Below, piece by piece: positions 13,007 through 14,315 of a stretch of DNA of 14,315 nucleotides. Source of the stretch: Chthoniobacteraceae bacterium. GTDB lineage: Bacteria; Verrucomicrobiota; Verrucomicrobiia; Chthoniobacterales; Chthoniobacteraceae. Each line of letters starts with the position of its first letter. The first letter of the stretch is position 1. The notes below the pieces were generated by a model. That model was given only the letters and a program-made list of their open reading frames with translations. It searched no databases and was not told the origin of the DNA. Location: positions 1 to 14,315 of the forward strand of contig JANNXQ010000231.1 in the NCBI GenBank assembly GCA_031409655.1. The letters are read 5' to 3'. Made by a program: the position numbers and the translations under genes.

Positions 13007-14170
13007 GTGAAACGCCGCACCGCAAACGCACCCAAAGCCTCGGGCCGATGGATCAAGACGCTCGCGGGGTATCGTGCCTTTCATCCCGACCCGCTGCCGC
13101 CGGAACTGACTTGGACGCCGAAACTCGTGCGGGCCTTGTCAGATGCCGACCACCTGCTCGGTCGCCTGGCCGGCGAAGGGCGACGGTTGCCGAATCCGCA
13201 TCTTCTCATCCGGCCTTTCGTGCAACGGGAAGCGGTTTTTTCGAGCCGCATCGAAGGCACGCAATCAACGCTCGGCGAGCTGCTCGCCGCCGAGGCCGGG
13301 GCCGTCGTGGCGCGCAGCCCGGAGGATTTGCGCGAGGTCGGCAACTACGTGGCCGCACTCGAACACGGCATCGCGCGGCTCAAGACGCTGCCGCTCTCCA
13401 TTCGGCTCGTGCGCGAGTTGCACGAAAAGCTCATGACCGGTGTCCGCGGCGATCACGCCACACCCGGCGAACTACGCCGGTCACAAAACTGGATTGGCCC
13501 GCCCGGCTCCACGCTGGCGCAGGCGACCTACGTTCCGCCACCGCACGAGGAAATGCTCGATGACCTGGGCGCGTGGGAAAAGTTCCTCCACGACGAAACT
13601 CTGCCGCCGCTGGTCCAGACCGCGCTGATGCACTACCAGTTCGAGGCGATCCACCCGTTCCTCGACGGCAACGGCCGCGTCGGACGCCTGCTCATCACAC
13701 TGCTGCTCATGCAGCGTGGCGTGCTGCCTCTGCCGCTGCTCTACCTGAGCGCGTTCTTCGAGGCCACGCGCCGCGATTACTACGACGGCCTGAGTGCTGT
13801 CACCGAACGCAGCGCATGGGAAGACTGGCTGCTGTATTTCCTCAACGGCGTCGCGCGGCAAAGCGAAGACGCGCTCAGCCGTGCAGAGCGGATCAACCAG
13901 CAACTCGACCAATGGCGGGAGCGCGTCAGCCGCACCGGGTCAGGCGTCGCGCTGCGGTTGCTCGACTTGCTCGGCACGAATCCGTTCATCACCGTGCGCA
14001 AAGCTGAGGCTCAGCTCGAAGTCGCCTACAACACCGCCGCGGCGGCACTGCGTCGTCTCGTTAAGCTACGGATCGTGAAGCAGATCGGCGAGGCCCGCCG
14101 CGACCGCGTGTGCTGCGCGCAGGCGTTGCTGGACATCCTCGAAGAACCGCCCCGTTTGCGTCCGGGGTAG
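13007..14170 (+). CDS. Fic family protein (class II AMPylase, SoFic-like) with N-terminal inhibitory helix and C-terminal winged HTH
   Basis: Canonical Fic motif HPFLDGNGRVGR and inhibitory (S/T)xxxE(G/N) motif SSRIEG. The C-terminus NPFITVRKAEAQLEVAYNTAAAALRRLVKLRIVKQ is wHTH-like. Confidence 0.95.
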   Translation: MKRRTANAPKASGRWIKTLAGYRAFHPDPLPPELTWTPKLVRALSDADHLLGRLAGEGRRLPNPHLLIRPFVQREAVFSSRIEGTQSTLGELLAAEAGAVVARSPEDLREVGNYVAALEHGIARLKTLPLSIRLVRELHEKLMTGVRGDHATPGELRRSQNWIGPPGSTLAQATYVPPPHEEMLDDLGAWEKFLHDETLPPLVQTALMHYQFEAIHPFLDGNGRVGRLLITLLLMQRGVLPLPLLYLSAFFEATRRDYYDGLSAVTERSAWEDWLLYFLNGVARQSEDALSRAERINQQLDQWRERVSRTGSGVALRLLDLLGTNPFITVRKAEAQLEVAYNTAAAALRRLVKLRIVKQIGEARRDRVCCAQALLDILEEPPRLRPG

Positions 14171-14225
14171 TCGGCACCACCGGCTTGTGTGTTGATTGCC
14201 GTGTTAGACCAAGAGCGTCCGTTTT

Positions 14226-14307
14226 GAGGCAGCGGGGCGGGTAACCCGTCACCGGCTGAGGTCACACTGAGCCTGTAAATTAGAAAGGCACCCGACCCCG
14301 CCGCCTC
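14226..14307 (+). ncRNA. Structured non-coding element (long enclosing stem with internal hairpin); possibly an IS110-family non-coding end/bridge-RNA region
   Basis: GAGGCAGCGGGGCGGGT (14226-14242) pairs with ACCCGACCCCGCCGCCTC (14290-14307) with one mismatch and one bulge. Inner hairpin GGCTGAG-gtcaca-CTGAGCC (14254-14273). The family assignment rests on recalled resemblance only; no transposase is in the window, and the strand is uncertain. Confidence 0.4.
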
Positions 14308-14315
14308 TCCGGCCC

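Noticed and set aside
14226..14307. Rho-independent terminator for the Fic gene
   Set aside because: The loop region is ~47 nt and internally structured, and no poly-T tract follows the stem on the plus strand.
1..14315. CRISPR array, integrase or transposase gene
   Set aside because: No regularly spaced repeats and no recombinase motifs were found in the window.

Overview
High-GC bacterial window whose gene content and repeat style suggest a PVC-superphylum organism, probably Verrucomicrobia (inference). Left part (1-9804, all on the minus strand) is a signalling cluster in transcription order: ECF sigma factor, membrane Ser/Thr kinase 1, Ser/Thr kinase 2 (with RDD domains and a degenerate second kinase-like module), a large secreted Asp-box/NHL-like beta-propeller protein, and a second, closely related ECF sigma that runs off the window edge. 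Both kinases begin with the same CxxC-x12-CxxC Zn motif. Both are preceded by the same GTAACC-N16-TCTGAA ECF-type promoter. Kinase 1 carries an in-frame nested-palindrome (REP-like) segment. At 9919-9943 is the isolated 3' end of a tmRNA or tRNA-Ala, a probable att site flanked by short repeats. To its right is island-like cargo: an AEP (TOTE-type) primase-SF2 helicase fusion with an in-frame TAG in its N-terminal coiled coil, a divergent class II Fic-wHTH gene with a palindromic operator-like site, and a structured non-coding element at the right edge that may be an IS110-type end.
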